Under the pieces are notes generated by a model, which had not been told where the DNA came from, did no database searches, and was given only the letters and a program-made list of their open reading frames with translations. A DNA stretch of 64,000 nucleotides. Source: Limisphaerales bacterium. GTDB taxonomy: Bacteria > Verrucomicrobiota > Verrucomicrobiia > Limisphaerales > JAJOIW01. The stretch covers positions 164,186-228,185 of the forward strand of contig CBFHOE010000004.1 in NCBI GenBank assembly GCA_965657355.1. The letters run 5' to 3'. Shown in pieces: positions 22,169 through 33,167 of this stretch. Made by a program: the position numbers and the translations under genes. Position 1 is the stretch's first letter; each line of letters opens with the position of its first letter.

Positions 22169-24073
22169 TTAAAAATCAACGACCAAAGTGCCAGCTTTTC
22201 GCTTGGAATTCGATGCTTTAATTTCTTTCCAGCTCGCTTTGTTCGGTTGGTCATGACCAACTGAAATATTATATGTCCCTTCTTTAAAAACATGAGGATG
22301 AAAAGATTTTCCGCTTACCCTGACGGTATATAAAACTTCACCACTTTTTTGATCAGTAACTTGGACCACTGGGTTTGATGTATTTTTAAATTTTAACTCT
22401 GGCAAATAATGAGTCGGTTGTCTGCCATCGTTGTCTTTCATGGCAATAGTTATTGGCCAGCCTTTGAATTGCTCCTTATCTCCTTTTTTGGCGTTGCTGA
22501 AACGAGGCCATGCTTCGAAAGTGATAGTTTTGCTATACTTGTTAAACCTAGCTATGCCATACCCGTCAGCTCTTTTGAGTTCATTAGATCTGTCTTCAGG
22601 ATTTGCATAAGCCATCATATGTATTTTATTCCCTAATCCATCTTCGTAATCCCCAGTCCAAGGAAGAGGACTGTTATTGACTGGATTAGGACCCGCTTTT
22701 TCATCCTCTGGATGCCACCAGCGTCCATAAATAGTATTAACAATTGCAGGAGATGTGAATGCGTAAGGGCCATCTTGATGATTCTGTATTCCGTGTTTGA
22801 CAACAACGGATAGATGTTGGTCCCCGCAGAGGTGGGGAGCCCAAGACCTTCTGATTGCTTCTAATGCTTTATTCCGCCCTGTTTGAGGCCATCCGTTTGA
22901 ATCAAGGTCGGCCAGTAATCTATTTTTTGGATTTCCATGTAAGTGAACAGCACCACAAAAGGCTGTTTGTGAGAGGACTGCTTTCATTTTTGCCCCGGTC
23001 CAATCTTGGTTCCAAGTATTTAGGAAATGAAGTTGCCTATCTCCCAATAATTTGAGATTTGGCAGGTCAATAGCCGACCTATCATAAGAGGGATCATTAA
23101 TATGATCTGGCCTTGGCCCCATTTTAGGAATTTTGCCCTTAGGGCCAGATTTAAATTTACGATCTTCTAAAATCGCAAAATCAACTCCGCCGACCCTCAG
23201 TCTTGTATAATAAACGGAAATATCTCTTTCAACAGGAGAAGGGTCGAATGGGTCTGGAAGATGCCAGGTCTGGCACCTCTGAACCATATTGACATATTTG
23301 ACTGGATAATAAAATCCTCCATCTGATCCAGCTGGAGAGCTTGCTTTTTTTCCATTTTCACCCCAAATGTTGCCTTGGCCTACGTCGTGGTCATCTGGAA
23401 TCGAAATAGTGGGCCTGTCTTTTATTAAATCTCTAAATTGCATACCAAATTCAAGCCATCCGGCCGTATGCTGTGTGTGGTGATATGTCTGGTCTCCAGC
23501 AAAAAAAAGTAAATCCGGATCTTGATGAAGAAGGTTTTCAATTATTCGGGGTCTTGGCCCTCCTGTTCTACCGCTGTTACAGGATAAATTTGCGACGACG
23601 ATAACTTTTTTATTTATGGGGTCTTTTCTGATTAACCCTCCAAATTCAGCTTTCGTTCCATGCCGAACGCGGTATTTTACGTCCTTTGTATTATCCCAGT
23701 TCTCTGCTCTAAAATGTGAACTCCAACCGAGTTCTAAAATGGGCTGTGATTGAACTCTCGTCCATTCTCCATCAATAAAAAACTCAAGATGAGAAATTCT
23801 CTCCTCTCCTGGTTTCAGGGGAAAGAATTGAGCAGATATTTTAAGAGTTCCTCTGTCGTGGGTATATAGAGTAAATCCAACAACTTGATCTCTTGGAATA
23901 TTGAGATTCAAATATTTTTTCTTGAATTTTCTATTCCACCAGCCATCTGTAGCGGCATTGTCCAAGTTCGGGAAATCGGGGCCAAACGGTTTACCATCAT
24001 TACCTTGGCACACCAATGCCAGGGCAGATAGAATAATAAGCATCCCTAAGGACCGCATAAATTTATAATACAT
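22169..24073 (-). CDS. PhoD-like secreted metallophosphoesterase
   Basis: Signal peptide, FFAGDQTY, PDDHDVGQ, LEDRKFK and CGDQH metallophosphatase motifs. Confidence 0.8.
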   Translation of the reverse strand: MYYKFMRSLGMLIILSALALVCQGNDGKPFGPDFPNLDNAATDGWWNRKFKKKYLNLNIPRDQVVGFTLYTHDRGTLKISAQFFPLKPGEERISHLEFFIDGEWTRVQSQPILELGWSSHFRAENWDNTKDVKYRVRHGTKAEFGGLIRKDPINKKVIVVANLSCNSGRTGGPRPRIIENLLHQDPDLLFFAGDQTYHHTQHTAGWLEFGMQFRDLIKDRPTISIPDDHDVGQGNIWGENGKKASSPAGSDGGFYYPVKYVNMVQRCQTWHLPDPFDPSPVERDISVYYTRLRVGGVDFAILEDRKFKSGPKGKIPKMGPRPDHINDPSYDRSAIDLPNLKLLGDRQLHFLNTWNQDWTGAKMKAVLSQTAFCGAVHLHGNPKNRLLADLDSNGWPQTGRNKALEAIRRSWAPHLCGDQHLSVVVKHGIQNHQDGPYAFTSPAIVNTIYGRWWHPEDEKAGPNPVNNSPLPWTGDYEDGLGNKIHMMAYANPEDRSNELKRADGYGIARFNKYSKTITFEAWPRFSNAKKGDKEQFKGWPITIAMKDNDGRQPTHYLPELKFKNTSNPVVQVTDQKSGEVLYTVRVSGKSFHPHVFKEGTYNISVGHDQPNKASWKEIKASNSKRKAGTLVVDF

Positions 24074-24156
24074 AATGATAATTATATTTTTGATGTTGAA
24101 CCAATCAATAAGATTTACTCACCTATCTCATTGGAAAATGATTTTAAAGCTATGGA

Positions 24157-25596
24157 TTACTGGATCCGCTCTGTTAAATACGAAGGCGGCATAATCATAT
24201 TTTTTTGATGCTCGGTTATCGCCTTTTGGATTGCTTGAAATCCGGGGTGGCCTTGTGATTTTAATTCATGCTTTTCCGATGGATCGATGTCGAGATTGAA
24301 AAGCAGAGGTGGATCCTGCGAAATGTGCTTCTGCCCTCTGTAGGCGGTGTGTGTTTTAAAATGAGCTTTGTATGAGCCAACCCTAGCAGCATACAACTCG
24401 TCGCCATGGTAAAAAAACATTTCATTTCTTGGGCTTGCGGATTCACCTCTCAGCGTAGGCGCTAAATTATAACCATCGAAAATTCTGTCTCCGGGAACTT
24501 GAATCTTTGCCAATGAAAGAATCGTTGGAAATAGATCCAATGTCGAACCGATTCCTTGCACTATCCCTGGTTTTACTATCCCTGGTCCCCAGAAAATTGT
24601 GGGTTCTCTCATCCCGCCTTCCCAGCAACTTCCTTTTCCGTCGCGAAGTAAGCCTGCTGATCCTCCCTGTTCATTAAAAGTAAGCCAAGGTCCATTGTCG
24701 GAGGTGAAAACGACTAATGTATTTTTATCTAGTGCATTGGCTTTTAATGCCTCTATGACTTTTCCTACAGACCAGTCGATTTCTTCAATGACATCCCCGT
24801 ATAGACCTCGTCGTGATTTGCCCGAGAATGCCTCTGATGTAAACAATGGAACATGCGGAAGATTGTGTGCTAAGTAAATAAAAAATGGTTTTGATTTATT
24901 CTTATTTATGAAAAAAACAGCTTCTTCTGTGAACCTTTTTGTGATTGTAGTTTGATCTGCAGGTCGCTCAATAATTTTTTCGTCTCTCATCAAGGGGACA
25001 TTCCAATATTCAGTTCGGGGCTTAAGGAACGCCTGGCGTCTTTTTGGAGCAGTTGCTAATCGATCCATGTCGTTCGAATATGGGATGCCGTAGTAAGTAT
25101 CAAATCCATGACTTGTAGGTAAAAACTCAGGTAGGTGCCCTAAATGCCATTTACCTATAGCAGCTGTGGCATAATTTTTCTTTTTGAGTGCTTTCGCAAT
25201 GGTGATTTCTGATTGTGGTAGGCCTCCGGCTGAATCTGGAAATAGAACCCATCTTTTCGTAGATGCCATTCCGGTTCTAGCTGGAAATCTGCCAGTAAGT
25301 AAACCGGCCCTGCTTGGAGTACACACATTTGCGGCTGCGTAAAAACTTGTCCATTTCTGACCCTCCGCGGCCAGTTTGTCTAGGTTAGGAGTCTTAATGG
25401 TCGGGTGTCCGAAGCAGGCGAGGTCACCATAGCCTAGGTCATCAGTAAAAATGACAACGATATTAGGAGGCGATGGATTTTTTTCATGATGATCGGCAAA
25501 AGTTGGCAAACAAAAAATGAAAAGAAGACATAAAAAAGCCGCTACTTTACCAATTGACATCATGATATTTTTTTTAGTGCCTGAAAATGTGGTCAT
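24157..25596 (-). CDS. Formylglycine-dependent sulfatase (arylsulfatase A-like, S1)
   Basis: PNIVVIFTDDLGYGD, CTPSRAGLLTGR, GKWHLG and FTSDNGP. The real start may be the Met-Met near 25563. Confidence 0.95.
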   Translation of the reverse strand: MTTFSGTKKNIMMSIGKVAAFLCLLFIFCLPTFADHHEKNPSPPNIVVIFTDDLGYGDLACFGHPTIKTPNLDKLAAEGQKWTSFYAAANVCTPSRAGLLTGRFPARTGMASTKRWVLFPDSAGGLPQSEITIAKALKKKNYATAAIGKWHLGHLPEFLPTSHGFDTYYGIPYSNDMDRLATAPKRRQAFLKPRTEYWNVPLMRDEKIIERPADQTTITKRFTEEAVFFINKNKSKPFFIYLAHNLPHVPLFTSEAFSGKSRRGLYGDVIEEIDWSVGKVIEALKANALDKNTLVVFTSDNGPWLTFNEQGGSAGLLRDGKGSCWEGGMREPTIFWGPGIVKPGIVQGIGSTLDLFPTILSLAKIQVPGDRIFDGYNLAPTLRGESASPRNEMFFYHGDELYAARVGSYKAHFKTHTAYRGQKHISQDPPLLFNLDIDPSEKHELKSQGHPGFQAIQKAITEHQKNMIMPPSYLTERIQ

Positions 25597-25722
25597 GCCA
25601 TAGGACCATATATAGTTTTACAGTTTTGTCAGTCCAATTTAATCATTCCGCTGGATTGAAAAATTTCGTGTAGATCCCACTTACTTCTTGCAATTCATGC
25701 AGGACCGGTTTTAGAAAGCATA

Positions 25723-26598
25723 ATGAGTCCCACTCAAGCAATTCCAGTTCAAATCGCTGATGCATCGACTGGAAAACTTTCTCCGTGCCAAGATTTAGTG
25801 GTAACTGAAGACCCTTTGACAATTGAAGTTGAATATGGTCCAGAGTTTGAAAGAAGACGCGAGATTTTTGCGACTACTATGAGAACGCCTGGAAATGACT
25901 TGGAACTTGCTATCGGTCTTTTATTCAGTGAAGGAGTTATAAGTGGACCTAAAGATGTTTTTTTCGCTAAAGAAATGTGCCCCGGTTGCGACGAAGATAG
26001 GGGAATAAGTCGAGTATTAATCGCATTGCCGCCAGGAAAGGTCTTCAACCCACAGGATCATCAAAGAAATTTATTAATTTCAAGTAGTTGTGGAATATGC
26101 GGAAAAATTGATCTTTCCAAAATTCAAAAGCTAAAGGACCAAAAAACACCTAATAGACATCCGAAAGCTATCTGTAATACCGAACATGAAAGTCATTACC
26201 TGGCCCAACTCTCCCAAAGCGTGAGAGAAAAACAAATTTTATTCAAGCATACGGGGTCGGTCCATGCTGCAGCATTATTTGATCCCCATGGAAATATTCT
26301 TAGCGTGCGGGAGGATGTGGGTCGACACAATGCTATGGACAAATTAATTGGGGGTCTCGTCTATCAACCCAACTTACTCTCCCAAGTATCAGGTGTTTTC
26401 TTCAGTGGGCGTACGAGCTATGAACTGATACAAAAATCCATTATTGCTGGTATTTCATTGGTCGTATCCGTTGGTGCTCCATCGAGCCTCGCCATTAGTC
26501 TCGCTGAAGCAGGGGGGATAACCTTGGCTGGATTTTTAAAACCAAATCGATACAATATTTACACCCATTCAGAAAGAATTAAGCAACCAGCCCCATGA
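25723..26598 (+). CDS. fdhD: Formate dehydrogenase accessory sulfurtransferase FdhD
   Basis: MRTPGNDLELAIG, SSSCGICG, TGSVHAAALF, REDVGRHNAMDKLIG and SVGAPSSLA. Confidence 0.95.
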   Translation: MSPTQAIPVQIADASTGKLSPCQDLVVTEDPLTIEVEYGPEFERRREIFATTMRTPGNDLELAIGLLFSEGVISGPKDVFFAKEMCPGCDEDRGISRVLIALPPGKVFNPQDHQRNLLISSSCGICGKIDLSKIQKLKDQKTPNRHPKAICNTEHESHYLAQLSQSVREKQILFKHTGSVHAAALFDPHGNILSVREDVGRHNAMDKLIGGLVYQPNLLSQVSGVFFSGRTSYELIQKSIIAGISLVVSVGAPSSLAISLAEAGGITLAGFLKPNRYNIYTHSERIKQPAP

Positions 26599-26602
26599 AC
26601 CA

Positions 26603-28924
26603 ATGAGTATGAATAAAAATGATCCACAATTATCAGAAGCTCGTGCTCAAGGACCTGATGAGTTTTTGGACCTCAAACTAGGTAATCCCTCAAAGACGGC
26701 AGCTGGGGCCAAAGCCGTAGGAGTGGCATTAAACCATGTTATGTCCGAGATGAACCCCGTTCGAGGACTAAAAGCATTGAATTCTCTCAATAAAATCGGG
26801 GGGATCGACTGTCCAGGGTGCGCCTGGCCAGATCCTGATGATGAGAGATCCTTGCTCGGTGAATATTGTGAAAATGGAGCAAAAGCGATTGCTGAGGAGG
26901 CCACTGAAAAAAGTATAGGAAGAGAATTTTTTGGTTTAAATGATGTCCATTCACTTTCCCGCCTTACAGATCATGAAATTGGTAAACTAGGTAGAATTTC
27001 TGAACCCCTTATTCTTAAAAGGGGAGTGCCATACTACCACCCCATCTCTTGGAAAGATGCTTTTATTTATATAGCTGATTTTCTTCGCAATCAAACAACT
27101 CCTAAAAAATCAGTATTTTACACTTCGGGAAGAACAAGTAATGAAGCCGCTTTCCTTTATCAACTATTTGTAAGGCAGTTCGGAACAAATAATTTGCCAG
27201 ATTGTTCAAATATGTGTCATGAATCAAGTGGAGTCGCGCTAAAGCAAACACTTGGACTTGGCAAAGGGTCAGTAACTTTGGAAGATTTTAATAATGCAAA
27301 AATTATTTTTATCGTAGGCCAAAATCCAGGGACGAATCATCCAAGGATGCTTACGGCCCTGCAGAAAGCGAAAAGGAATGGTGCTAAAATCGTTTCTATC
27401 AACCCACTTCCTGAGGCTGGCCTGATGGGCTTTAGCAACCCGCAAGACCCTCGGCAATTTATCGGAGGTGCCACACGGTTATCTGATCTTCATATTCCTT
27501 TGCGAATAAACACCGATGTGGCCCTCTTGAAAGCAATTCTTCTAAAACTCATAGAAAAAGACGACGAAAACCCTAATACAGTTATTGATAAATCTTTTGT
27601 AGAATCAAAAACAGAGGGGTTTGACGAATTTGCCGGACACATAAGAAAACAAAAATTTAGTTCACTTGTCAAAGAGTGCGGCGTTGATGAAGCCTTGGTT
27701 CTTCAACTTGTTGATTGGCTGTCGGAAACAAGTCAATTTATCACCTGTTGGGCTATGGGGCTAACTCAGCACAAAAATGCAGTCGATAATATTCGTGAAA
27801 TAGTCAATTTACACCTGCTCAAGGGCGCTATAGGAATTCCAGGAGCAGGAACATGTCCTGTTAGGGGGCATAGCAATGTTCAGGGAGATCGCACAATGGG
27901 CATTTGGGAAAAACCAACTATGGCTTTTCTTGATAAGCTCGAGTCTGTATTCGACTTTAAGCCGCCTAAAAGAGCCGGCTTTAACACTGTTCAGGCTATC
28001 GAGGCTATGAAAAATGATAATGTGGACTTTTTTATGGCGATGGGAGGGAATTTTTTGTCCGCATCGCCAGATACGGAGTTCACAGCAGAGGGGTTGAGGA
28101 AATGCAAGCTCTCCGTCCACGTTTCTACAAAACTCAATCGTACGCATTTGATACATGGAGAGACTTCAATAATACTTCCGTGCCTTGCAAGATCAGATCA
28201 GGACCTCTCCGGTAATAGGAAGAATTTTGTTACAGTTGAGAATTCCATGGGGATAGTGCACAAAAGCCAAGGAAATCTAAAACCTATCTCCAATTCACTA
28301 ATCAGTGAACCAAACATTGTTACTTATCTCGCTCTACAATTATTCGGTGAAAAGTCTCCAGTGAAATGGCATGCTGTTTTAAACAATTACCCACAAATTC
28401 GAAACTGGATCGAAAAGACGATTCCTGGCTTCGAAAATTACAACCATAGAATAGACAAACAACCCGCCGGATTTTATTTACCCAATGGGCCGAGAAAAAG
28501 ACATTTCACAACACCTTCCAAAAAAGCTCAATTTACGATAAATAAGAAGTCAAAATTTTTAATACCGGATGGACATTTCCTCATGATGACAATGAGAAGC
28601 CACGATCAATTCAACACCACTATTTATGGCCTAAATGATCGATACCGGGGAATCTACAACGAGAGAAGAGTTGTCTTTATTAATGCGAATGATTTGGAAA
28701 AAAATGGTTGGGTATCCGAGCAGGTAGTCAATTTATCCTCATATTCAAATGACAGGGAGCGAGTGGTAACAAACTTCAAATTAATCCCATATCCCATTCC
28801 AGAGGGGTGTGTCGCTACTTATTTTCCAGAATGTAACCCATTGGTCCCACTAGAATCATTCGCACGTTCAAGCCATACCCCGACTTCAAAAAGTGTGGTC
28901 ATAAAAATTCACCCTGCAAATTAA
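26603..28924 (+). CDS. FdhF/YdeP family molybdopterin oxidoreductase
   Basis: DCPGCAWPDP, EYCENGAKA, YTSGRTSNEAAFLYQL, NLPDCSNMCHESSG, RGHSNVQG and RSHDQFNTTIYG. Adjacent to fdhD. Confidence 0.93.
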   Translation: MSMNKNDPQLSEARAQGPDEFLDLKLGNPSKTAAGAKAVGVALNHVMSEMNPVRGLKALNSLNKIGGIDCPGCAWPDPDDERSLLGEYCENGAKAIAEEATEKSIGREFFGLNDVHSLSRLTDHEIGKLGRISEPLILKRGVPYYHPISWKDAFIYIADFLRNQTTPKKSVFYTSGRTSNEAAFLYQLFVRQFGTNNLPDCSNMCHESSGVALKQTLGLGKGSVTLEDFNNAKIIFIVGQNPGTNHPRMLTALQKAKRNGAKIVSINPLPEAGLMGFSNPQDPRQFIGGATRLSDLHIPLRINTDVALLKAILLKLIEKDDENPNTVIDKSFVESKTEGFDEFAGHIRKQKFSSLVKECGVDEALVLQLVDWLSETSQFITCWAMGLTQHKNAVDNIREIVNLHLLKGAIGIPGAGTCPVRGHSNVQGDRTMGIWEKPTMAFLDKLESVFDFKPPKRAGFNTVQAIEAMKNDNVDFFMAMGGNFLSASPDTEFTAEGLRKCKLSVHVSTKLNRTHLIHGETSIILPCLARSDQDLSGNRKNFVTVENSMGIVHKSQGNLKPISNSLISEPNIVTYLALQLFGEKSPVKWHAVLNNYPQIRNWIEKTIPGFENYNHRIDKQPAGFYLPNGPRKRHFTTPSKKAQFTINKKSKFLIPDGHFLMMTMRSHDQFNTTIYGLNDRYRGIYNERRVVFINANDLEKNGWVSEQVVNLSSYSNDRERVVTNFKLIPYPIPEGCVATYFPECNPLVPLESFARSSHTPTSKSVVIKIHPAN

Positions 28925-28928
28925 TTGT

Positions 28929-29396
28929 TTAGTCGTTCAAATTTACCTTTATGACGACTTTTTTGATCTTTGTTGGAATGTCTGATGGAGCAATTTGAGG
29001 AGAGTGAATCTCTCCCGGAAAAAACAGAGCAAAAAATCCCGAATGCATCCGGAACGATTGATGCGGGATGGTATCATTTTTATAAAAGGTAACATCGCGA
29101 TTTTTATCGTATTCAGCAATAGGTTTAGCTTCATTTTGCTTGTATAATTGAAGAATTTCTTCTCCAACTAAAACAGCGTGAATATCAGCAAATGTTTTGT
29201 GTGCCTCCACCACTTTATTATCTGATGTGCTTTTTATGGTGTGGCAATCCATGACTCTGGCAAAACATCGTTCCCCTTCAATCGGGTATTCTCCAATTTC
29301 TGTATCAGCTGAAAGTGACCCTAAATAATCGAAAGCTTTTTCAAATTTAGGATAGCGGCTGTGTAACTCATTTTCTCCTATCGAATCAAATATCAT
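28929..29396 (-). CDS. YhcH/YjgK/YiaL family protein
   Basis: MIFDSI, EAHKTFADIH, FFPGEIHSP and KKVVIKV pattern. Confidence 0.88.
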   Translation of the reverse strand: MIFDSIGENELHSRYPKFEKAFDYLGSLSADTEIGEYPIEGERCFARVMDCHTIKSTSDNKVVEAHKTFADIHAVLVGEEILQLYKQNEAKPIAEYDKNRDVTFYKNDTIPHQSFRMHSGFFALFFPGEIHSPQIAPSDIPTKIKKVVIKVNLND

Positions 29397-29484
29397 AATT
29401 GTTTTTGTTTATACCGGTGGATGTTTAAGGTTGTCTGCTATTAGGTCAGAATCTTTCATCGGTATTTGACTTTATGAAATATAG

Positions 29485-30168
29485 ATGCAACATCTTGGTT
29501 TAATTCTCAACCATATGTTCAAACAAAATTTTATAAATATTGCACAATCGTTTATTCCAGCATCATGCGTTATAGCCATTACTCTTTTTGTCGTGGCCTG
29601 TGGAGATCCTGCTGATAAAACGCAGGATGCATTAGTTAATGAACCAAAAGGCGACATGCCAATAGCCGTTCCTGAAGGAGGAGTGACATACGTCCTGACT
29701 GATGCTTCGGAAATTAAGTTTTTAGGCTCTAAAATTATTTCCGGGTCTCATGAAGGGGGATTTAAAAATATTACCGGAAAAATTAAGGTTGTTGATGGAA
29801 AAATTTATCCAGATGGTGCGATCACTATTGATATGAATTCAATTTGGTCTGACAATAAAAAACTAACAGGTCACCTTAAGAACAAGGATTTCTTTGAAGT
29901 TGAAACCTACCCCACGTCATCTTTCCTTATTACAGATGTTTCGAAATCTGCGGAGGAATACTCCGTAACGGGAGATTTGACTATGCACGGAATAACCAAA
30001 TCAATCACATTTAATTCCAGTATAGAGATTTCAGAGGAGAATGTATCCATTGCCGCTGAGTTCGATATTAATCGAAATGATTGGGGCGTGGACTTCAAAG
30101 GAGCTGCTGATAATATGATAAACGATAAGGTCATTCTCAACTTGTCATTACTCGCCTCGTTGGAGTGA
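29485..30168 (+). CDS. YceI family (polyisoprenoid-binding) lipoprotein
   Basis: Lipobox VVAC, HLKNKDFFEVETYP, GDLTMHGITK and INRNDWGV. Start is uncertain. Confidence 0.88.
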   Translation: MQHLGLILNHMFKQNFINIAQSFIPASCVIAITLFVVACGDPADKTQDALVNEPKGDMPIAVPEGGVTYVLTDASEIKFLGSKIISGSHEGGFKNITGKIKVVDGKIYPDGAITIDMNSIWSDNKKLTGHLKNKDFFEVETYPTSSFLITDVSKSAEEYSVTGDLTMHGITKSITFNSSIEISEENVSIAAEFDINRNDWGVDFKGAADNMINDKVILNLSLLASLE

Positions 30169-30188
30169 GCTTGACTTTAAGTGCACGC

Positions 30189-30223
30189 AAAATTTTCTCA
30201 GACCTCTATCTGGGGATTTTTTT
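30189..30223 (+). terminator. Probable rho-independent terminator after the yceI-like gene
   Basis: TTTTCTCAGA-cctcta-TCTGGGGA stem with G-U pairs, followed by a T-run. Confidence 0.5.
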
Positions 30224-30303
30224 ATTCACATGAATGAATCAATTTCATTCAAACTTTTCTGGAATTCCTATTTCATTTGCTCTACATTTTTCACTTCCAA
30301 ATT

Positions 30304-30597
30304 ATGAGTAGTTCACCTGATGAAACCTTGTTGGTTCGTGACTTAACGATCCAAAATCAGAATGGGATGCATGCCAGACCAGCAGCAACCTTCGTGAAAT
30401 TGGCTGCAGAATTTAAAAATTGTGAGATCTTTGTTGAAAAGGATGGTGAAAAAGTAAACGGCAAGAGCATTATGGGGCTGATGATGCTCGCCGCTGGGCC
30501 AGGAAGCATTCTCACCATTGAGATTTCTGGTAGAGATGCGGCCAATGCCATGGACCAAATCGTAGACCTTTTTGACCGTAAATTTGACGAGGATTAG
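30304..30597 (+). CDS. ptsH: Phosphocarrier protein HPr
   Basis: GMHARPA (active His) and KSIMGLMMLAAG (regulatory Ser). ATG at 30304 preferred. Confidence 0.93.
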   Translation: MSSSPDETLLVRDLTIQNQNGMHARPAATFVKLAAEFKNCEIFVEKDGEKVNGKSIMGLMMLAAGPGSILTIEISGRDAANAMDQIVDLFDRKFDED

Positions 30598-30629
30598 GCA
30601 GGTTCGTCTTCATTCCAAATTACTATTTG

Positions 30630-31475
30630 ATGCCAGAGGAAAAACTTAAGTTATTCTCTGATTTCTATCATGGGTTCTACGGGGTTGAATGGTCCAAGCT
30701 ATTCGATTCTCTGGGTTCTGATTGCGGTAAAATTGGAAGGCCTAATCTTTGGGCCAAGCCAATGCCAGTTTCCTGTAAAATTTTTAGTCATCAAGATCCT
30801 GAACCTCCTCCATTATCCTCTAATTCAATACTAGATTTTTATAATATGGACAGGGCTTCAGCGGTAGTTCCATATTTCATGGAAATTTCCTCTGGCCAAA
30901 ATGTTTTAGACATGTGCGCCGCCCCTGGAGGTAAAAGCCTCATAATCTGGGAGTTAATGAATGCTTCGGGCAAGCTTGTTCTTAATGACATTTCCCAATC
31001 CAGAAGATTCAAACTGAAGAATATTATAAATTCTTATATTCCCAAACAACTTCAGCATGGCATACAAATCTCAGGTATGGACGCCAATAAATTTGGCCTT
31101 AGATATCCAAATACGTTTGACCGAGTTTTACTTGACGCCCCATGCAGCTCCGAATCACATGTTGTTCGATCAGCAAAAGCACTATCAAACTGGACACCAT
31201 CTAAAACACGACAGCTTTCTGCTCGGCAATTTTCTTTAATTTGTAGTGCCTTGAGTTCTCTTAAAAAAGGCGGTCTTCTTTGTTATTCCACCTGCAGCAT
31301 TTCTCCGCACGAAAATGATGAGGTCATAAAGAAAATTATGAAGCGCAAAAAGCACCCGTGCGAATTCGTTCAAATCAAAACGACCCTCGGTACGCAAACG
31401 GAAATGGGCAGGTTATTTCTCCCTAACAGACACAAAATGGGACCAATCTTTTTTTCTCTGCTTAGAAAACTATGA
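30630..31475 (+). CDS. RsmB/NOP (RsmF-like) RNA m5C methyltransferase
   Basis: VLDMCAAPGGKS, FDRVLLDAPCS and YSTCSISPHEND motifs. Confidence 0.9.
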   Translation: MPEEKLKLFSDFYHGFYGVEWSKLFDSLGSDCGKIGRPNLWAKPMPVSCKIFSHQDPEPPPLSSNSILDFYNMDRASAVVPYFMEISSGQNVLDMCAAPGGKSLIIWELMNASGKLVLNDISQSRRFKLKNIINSYIPKQLQHGIQISGMDANKFGLRYPNTFDRVLLDAPCSSESHVVRSAKALSNWTPSKTRQLSARQFSLICSALSSLKKGGLLCYSTCSISPHENDEVIKKIMKRKKHPCEFVQIKTTLGTQTEMGRLFLPNRHKMGPIFFSLLRKL

Positions 31476-31493
31476 TCCAGCTTGATGTTTTAA

Positions 31494-32960
31494 TTAATCA
31501 ACGTCTCTGAGTTGGATGGAATCAATAATTTGGTCACCCATTCCCAAAACGTTGGTTATCGCAATGAGATGCTGCCCACTTTTGACCCACATTTTGGATT
31601 TCAAAGTATTTATGGCTGATCGAATGGTGAGCTCAGGGTCAGTATCAAAATCCATAAAAAAAGGCTCTATTCCCCAGAGAATTTTCATTTTTTTATAAAC
31701 CTGCTTATCGTCGGTGAACCCGAACAATGGAACGCCGTTGGGCCTTAGTGCCGACATCATACGGGCTAAACTTCCGCTCCGGGTAAACACTAGTATGCCA
31801 GTATTCTCAAGCTCTTCAGCTAAGACGACAGCGGAGCGTAACATTTTTTCTTTTGGAGTATTGAGCTTCAGATCATAATTATGCCCCGACCCAATTTCAT
31901 CTTGTATTCTTGCGACAATGCGACGCATGACAGTGACGCATTCTACTGGGTACTTTCCAATTGTTGTTTCACCAGACAACATGACACAGTCAGCCATTTC
32001 TCTCACAGCGTTGGATATGTCAGTAATTTCAGCGCGGGTGGGCATCGGGTTTTCTATCATGGATTCTAGCATATGCGTCGCAATAATGACTGGCTTGCCT
32101 CTGCTCAGGCATTCATTTACGGCTTCCCTTTGAAATACAGCAAGTTCTTCAAATGGCACCTCTATACCTAAATCTCCTCTAGCTACCATAAGTCCATCAC
32201 TGGCCTCGATAATTTCTTGTAGATTGGTGACTCCCATTTGGTCTTCAATTTTAGCAATGATTTCGGCATCACTACCGTTTTCTCTCAAGTATGTTCTTAA
32301 TAATTCCAGATCATCTGATTCTCTAACGAAGGAAAGAGCAAAGAAGTCGATGTCTTGAGAAATACCGAATTCAACATCTGCACGATCTTTTTCCGTTAAA
32401 GCTGGGATTTTTACATGGACTCCAGGAAGATTAATATGTCTTCTGGATCCGAGTGGACCCGGAACCTCAACTTGACAATACACGACATGGTTGCTGAGTT
32501 CGACAACACGCATGTGGATTAGGCCACTGTCAACAAGGAGGGTGTCTCCAACCGAAAGGTCATCAGCTATTCCTTTATAGTTGACTCCAACCCGGCGCCC
32601 CCTAGCTACCTTTGGTAAATCTAACTTTAAATTCGGATCGGATGGTTGATAGAAAAATTCTACAATATCTGATTTCTTAAGATGTATCGTTTGTGGAAGG
32701 TCTCTCGTCCTTATTTCAGGACCTTTAACATCCATGAGTATAGAAATATCTTTTCCGGTAATTCTCGCCGCTTCACGGATGTTGTGTATCACCTTTTTAC
32801 ACCATTTATGGTCTGCATGAGCCATATTAAGTCGCGCAATATCAACACCTTTTAGCAATAGCTCTTGTAATACTTTAATGTCTTGTGTTGAAGGGCCAGC
32901 AGTAAAGACAATTTTGGTATGCTGCGGCGACCGAGGGGAATCCAGCTTCTGTTGATACAT
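31494..32960 (-). CDS. pyk: Pyruvate kinase
   Basis: TKIVFTAGP, ARLNMAH, DVKGPEIR, IIAKIE, MVARGDLG, PTRAEITD and MLSGET. Confidence 0.97.
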   Translation of the reverse strand: MYQQKLDSPRSPQHTKIVFTAGPSTQDIKVLQELLLKGVDIARLNMAHADHKWCKKVIHNIREAARITGKDISILMDVKGPEIRTRDLPQTIHLKKSDIVEFFYQPSDPNLKLDLPKVARGRRVGVNYKGIADDLSVGDTLLVDSGLIHMRVVELSNHVVYCQVEVPGPLGSRRHINLPGVHVKIPALTEKDRADVEFGISQDIDFFALSFVRESDDLELLRTYLRENGSDAEIIAKIEDQMGVTNLQEIIEASDGLMVARGDLGIEVPFEELAVFQREAVNECLSRGKPVIIATHMLESMIENPMPTRAEITDISNAVREMADCVMLSGETTIGKYPVECVTVMRRIVARIQDEIGSGHNYDLKLNTPKEKMLRSAVVLAEELENTGILVFTRSGSLARMMSALRPNGVPLFGFTDDKQVYKKMKILWGIEPFFMDFDTDPELTIRSAINTLKSKMWVKSGQHLIAITNVLGMGDQIIDSIQLRDVD

Positions 32961-33167
32961 CGTAGGATACGTTAGCTATCAACTACATTCATGAAATTTA
33001 ATCAAATAAATTTCCTAGAACATAATATCGTCAGATTGCGAGCATAACAATTTCCATTCTTGAGGCAAGCAAAGACGCCCACCATGGTGGGGATATTTTA
33101 TTAGGATTGATATGACTTGGCTTTTCTATGAAGATTTTACTAACTCATGAAGTAGTTAATTGAGTGC

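Noticed and set aside
26603..28924. Selenocysteine-containing formate dehydrogenase
   Set aside because: The ORF is uninterrupted with Cys at the NMCHES site, and the motifs are of the YdeP type.
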